This document shows, one piece after another, positions 60,871 to 64,000 of a DNA stretch of 64,000 nucleotides. The notes under the pieces are model-generated. The model saw nothing but the letters and a program-made list of their open reading frames with translations. It did not search any database and was not told the DNA's origin. Both the position numbers and the translations under genes were made by a program. The stretch's first letter is position 1. Each line of letters begins with the position of its first letter. The stretch comes from Escherichia coli (GTDB lineage Bacteria > Pseudomonadota > Gammaproteobacteria > Enterobacterales > Enterobacteriaceae). The stretch lies in the NCBI RefSeq assembly GCF_003334815.1, contig NZ_QOWO01000009.1. One strand, written 5' to 3'.

Positions 60871-61312
60871 GCCGCATCCGGTATGTAACGCCTGATGCGA
60901 CGCTGACGCGTCTTATCTGGCCTACACGCTGCGATTTTGTAGGCCGGATAAGCAAAGCGCATCCGGCATTCAACGCCTGATGCGACGCTGGCGCGTCTTA
61001 TCAGGCCTACGCGCTGCGATTTTGTAGGCCGGATAAGCAAAGCGCATCCGGCATTCAACGCCTGATGCGACGCTGGCGCGTCTTATCAGGCCTACGCGCT
61101 GCGATTTTGTAGGCCGGATAAGCAAAGCGCATCCGGCATTCAACGCCTGATGCGACGCTGGCGCGTCTTATCAGGCCTACGCGCTGCGATTTTGTAGGCC
61201 GGATAAGCAAAGCGCATCCGGCATTCAACGCCTGATGCGACGCTGGCGCGTCTTATCAGGCCTACACGCTGCGATTTTGTAGGCCGGATAAGCAAAGCGC
61301 ATCCGGCACGAA
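60871..61312. repeat. Tandem REP/BIME array: about 5 copies of an 85-bp unit, each unit containing two inverted REP palindromes
   Basis: cctgatgcga recurs at 60891, 60976, 61061, 61146, 61231 (exact 85-bp period); the three middle units appear identical. Confidence 0.9.
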
Positions 61313-61321
61313 GGAGTCAAC

Positions 61322-62017
61322 ATGTTAGAAGATCTCAAACGCCAGGTATTAGAAGCCAACCTGGCGCTGCCAAAACACAACCTGGTCACGCTCACATGGG
61401 GCAACGTCAGCGCCGTTGATCGCGAGCGCGGCGTCTTTGTGATCAAACCTTCCGGCGTCGATTACAGCGTCATGACCGCTGACGATATGGTCGTGGTTAG
61501 CATCGAAACCGGTGAAGTGGTTGAAGGTACGAAAAAGCCCTCCTCCGACACGCCAACTCACCGGCTGCTCTATCAGGCATTCCCCTCCATTGGCGGCATT
61601 GTGCATACGCACTCGCGCCACGCCACCATCTGGGCGCAGGCGGGTCAGTCGATTCCAGCAACCGGCACCACCCACGCCGACTATTTCTACGGCACCATTC
61701 CCTGCACCCGCAAAATGACCGACGCAGAAATCAACGGCGAATATGAGTGGGAAACCGGTAACGTCATCGTAGAAACCTTTGAAAAACAGGGTATCGATGC
61801 AGCGCAAATGCCCGGCGTTCTGGTCCATTCCCACGGCCCGTTTGCATGGGGCAAAAATGCCGAAGATGCGGTGCATAACGCCATCGTGCTGGAAGAGGTC
61901 GCTTATATGGGGATATTCTGCCGTCAGTTAGCGCCGCAGTTACCGGATATGCAGCAAACGCTGCTGGATAAACACTATCTGCGTAAGCATGGCGCGAAGG
62001 CATATTACGGGCAGTAA
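61322..62017 (+). CDS. araD: L-ribulose-5-phosphate 4-epimerase (231 aa)
   Basis: ORF track 231 aa [35 protein letters not shown]; class II aldolase fold. Confidence 0.97.
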   Translation: MLEDLKRQVLEANLALPKHNLVTLTWGNVSAVDRERGVFVIKPSGVDYSVMTADDMVVVSIETGEVVEGTKKPSSDTPTHRLLYQAFPSIGGIVHTHSRHATIWAQAGQSIPATGTTHADYFYGTIPCTRKMTDAEINGEYEWETGNVIVETFEKQGIDAAQMPGVLVHSHGPFAWGKNAEDAVHNAIVLEEVAYMGIFCRQLAPQLPDMQQTLLDKHYLRKHGAKAYYGQ

Positions 62018-62020
62018 TGA

Positions 62021-62036
62021 CTGTATAAAACCACAG
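62021..62036. promoter_or_regulatory. LexA (SOS) box ctgtataaaaccacag upstream of polB
   Basis: Perfect CTGT-N8-ACAG palindrome 56 bp upstream of the polB GTG start. Confidence 0.85.
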
Positions 62037-62091
62037 CCAATCAAACGAAACCAGGCTATACTCAAGCCTGGTTTTTTGATGGATTTTCAGC

Positions 62092-64000
62092 GTGGCGCAG
62101 GCAGGTTTTATCTTAACCCGACACTGGCGGGACACCCCGCAAGGGACAGAAGTCTCCTTCTGGCTGGCGACGGACAACGGGCCGTTGCAGGTTACGCTTG
62201 CACCGCAAGAGTCCGTGGCGTTTATTCCCGCCGATCAGGTTCCCCGCGCTCAGCATATTTTGCAGGGTGAACAAGGCTTTCGCCTGACACCGCTGGCGTT
62301 AAAGGATTTTCACCGCCAGCCGGTGTATGGCCTTTACTGTCGCGCCCATCGCCAATTGATGAATTACGAAAAGCGCCTGCGTGAAGGTGGCGTTACCGTC
62401 TACGAGGCCGATGTGCGTCCGCCAGAACGCTATCTGATGGAGCGGTTTATCACCTCACCGGTGTGGGTCGAGGGTGATATGCACAATGGCACTATCGTTA
62501 ATGCCCGTCTGAAACCGCATCCCGACTATCGTCCGCCGCTCAAGTGGGTTTCTATAGATATTGAAACCACCCGCCACGGTGAGCTGTACTGCATCGGCCT
62601 GGAAGGCTGCGGGCAGCGCATCGTTTATATGCTGGGGCCGGAGAATGGCGACGCCTCCTCGCTTGATTTCGAACTGGAATACGTCGCCAGCCGCCCGCAG
62701 TTGCTGGAAAAACTCAACGCCTGGTTTGCCAACTACGATCCTGATGTGATCATCGGTTGGAACGTGGTGCAGTTCGATCTGCGAATGCTGCAAAAACATG
62801 CCGAGCGTTACCGTCTTCCGCTGCGTCTTGGGCGCGATAATAGCGAGCTGGAGTGGCGCGAGCACGGCTTTAAAAACGGCGTCTTTTTTGCCCAGGCTAA
62901 AGGTCGGCTAATTATCGACGGTATCGAGGCGCTGAAATCCGCGTTCTGGAATTTCTCTTCATTCTCGCTGGAAACTGTCGCTCAGGAGCTATTAGGCGAA
63001 GGAAAATCTATCGATAACCCGTGGGATCGAATGGACGAAATTGACCGCCGTTTCGCCGAAGATAAACCTGCGCTGGCAACTTATAACCTGAAAGATTGCG
63101 AGCTGGTGACGCAGATCTTCCACAAAACTGAAATCATGCCATTTTTACTCGAACGGGCAACGGTGAACGGCCTGCCGGTGGACCGACACGGCGGTTCGGT
63201 GGCGGCATTTGGTCATCTCTATTTTCCGCGAATGCATCGCGCTGGTTATGTCGCGCCTAATCTCGGCGAAGTGCCGCCGCACGCCAGCCCTGGCGGCTAC
63301 GTGATGGATTCACGGCCAGGGCTTTATGATTCAGTGCTGGTGCTGGACTATAAAAGCCTGTACCCGTCGATCATCCGCACCTTTCTGATTGATCCCGTCG
63401 GGCTGGTGGAAGGCATGGCGCAGCCTGATCCAGAGCACAGTACCGAAGGTTTTCTCGATGCCTGGTTCTCGCGAGAAAAACATTGCCTGCCGGAGATTGT
63501 GACTAACATCTGGCACGGGCGCGATGAAGCCAAACGCCAGGGTAACAAACCGCTGTCGCAGGCGCTGAAAATCATCATGAATGCCTTTTATGGCGTGCTC
63601 GGCACCACCGCCTGCCGCTTCTTCGATCCGCGGCTGGCATCGTCGATCACCATGCGTGGTCATCAGATCATGCGGCAAACCAAAGCGTTGATTGAAGCAC
63701 AGGGCTACGACGTTATCTACGGCGATACCGACTCAACGTTTGTCTGGCTGAAAGGCGCACATTCGGAAGAAGAAGCGGCGAAAATCGGTCGTGCACTGGT
63801 GCAGCACGTTAACGCCTGGTGGGCGGAAACGCTGCAAAAACAACGGCTGACCAGCGCATTAGAACTGGAGTATGAAACCCATTTCTGCCGTTTTCTGATG
63901 CCAACCATTCGCGGAGCCGATACCGGCAGTAAAAAGCGTTATGCCGGACTGATTCAGGAGGGCGACAAGCAGCGGATGGTGTTTAAAGGGCTGGAAACCG
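62092..64000 (+). CDS. polB: DNA polymerase II (family B), 5' portion only; GTG start; runs off window end
   Basis: Open frame from GTG at 62092 to window end, so not in the ORF track (no stop codon); translation [34 protein letters not shown]..., exo motif DIET, polymerase motifs YGDTDS and KKRYAG. Confidence 0.93.
   Translation, partial: MAQAGFILTRHWRDTPQGTEVSFWLATDNGPLQVTLAPQESVAFIPADQVPRAQHILQGEQGFRLTPLALKDFHRQPVYGLYCRAHRQLMNYEKRLREGGVTVYEADVRPPERYLMERFITSPVWVEGDMHNGTIVNARLKPHPDYRPPLKWVSIDIETTRHGELYCIGLEGCGQRIVYMLGPENGDASSLDFELEYVASRPQLLEKLNAWFANYDPDVIIGWNVVQFDLRMLQKHAERYRLPLRLGRDNSELEWREHGFKNGVFFAQAKGRLIIDGIEALKSAFWNFSSFSLETVAQELLGEGKSIDNPWDRMDEIDRRFAEDKPALATYNLKDCELVTQIFHKTEIMPFLLERATVNGLPVDRHGGSVAAFGHLYFPRMHRAGYVAPNLGEVPPHASPGGYVMDSRPGLYDSVLVLDYKSLYPSIIRTFLIDPVGLVEGMAQPDPEHSTEGFLDAWFSREKHCLPEIVTNIWHGRDEAKRQGNKPLSQALKIIMNAFYGVLGTTACRFFDPRLASSITMRGHQIMRQTKALIEAQGYDVIYGDTDSTFVWLKGAHSEEEAAKIGRALVQHVNAWWAETLQKQRLTSALELEYETHFCRFLMPTIRGADTGSKKRYAGLIQEGDKQRMVFKGLET

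Noticed and set aside
60871-61312. Possibility that the araA-araD tandem repeat is a CRISPR array
   Set aside because: Units are contiguous with no unique spacers, each unit is itself a pair of inverted REP palindromes, the period is 85 bp, and no cas genes are nearby. It is a REP/BIME array.

Overview
This window reads as an intact, contiguous stretch of Escherichia coli core chromosome (K-12-like), reverse-complemented relative to the standard map. I recognise, in order: the pdhR-aceE-aceF pyruvate dehydrogenase operon (minus), aroP, ampD-ampE, nadC, the cryptic type IV pilin operon ppdD-hofB-hofC, guaC, coaE-zapD-yacG, mutT, secM-secA, lpxC, the complete dcw division/cell-wall cluster mraZ through ftsZ (minus), cra, ilvIH, leuO, leuLABCD, setA, sgrS/sgrT, sgrR, thiBPQ with its TPP riboswitch, yabI, araC, araBAD and the 5' part of polB. 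Gene lengths and intergenic spacings are consistent with a single constant offset across roughly 60 kb, so I see no insertion, prophage, IS element, CRISPR array, tRNA or rRNA. The one length difference I can infer against my recollection of MG1655 is an araA-araD REP/BIME array that appears two 85-bp units longer. I do not find support for an undescribed biological system here; the findings below are well-known regulatory devices that can be read directly from the sequence, plus a few small items worth a second look. All identifications rest on reading the supplied translations and DNA against remembered protein families and E. coli gene order; no database search was run.
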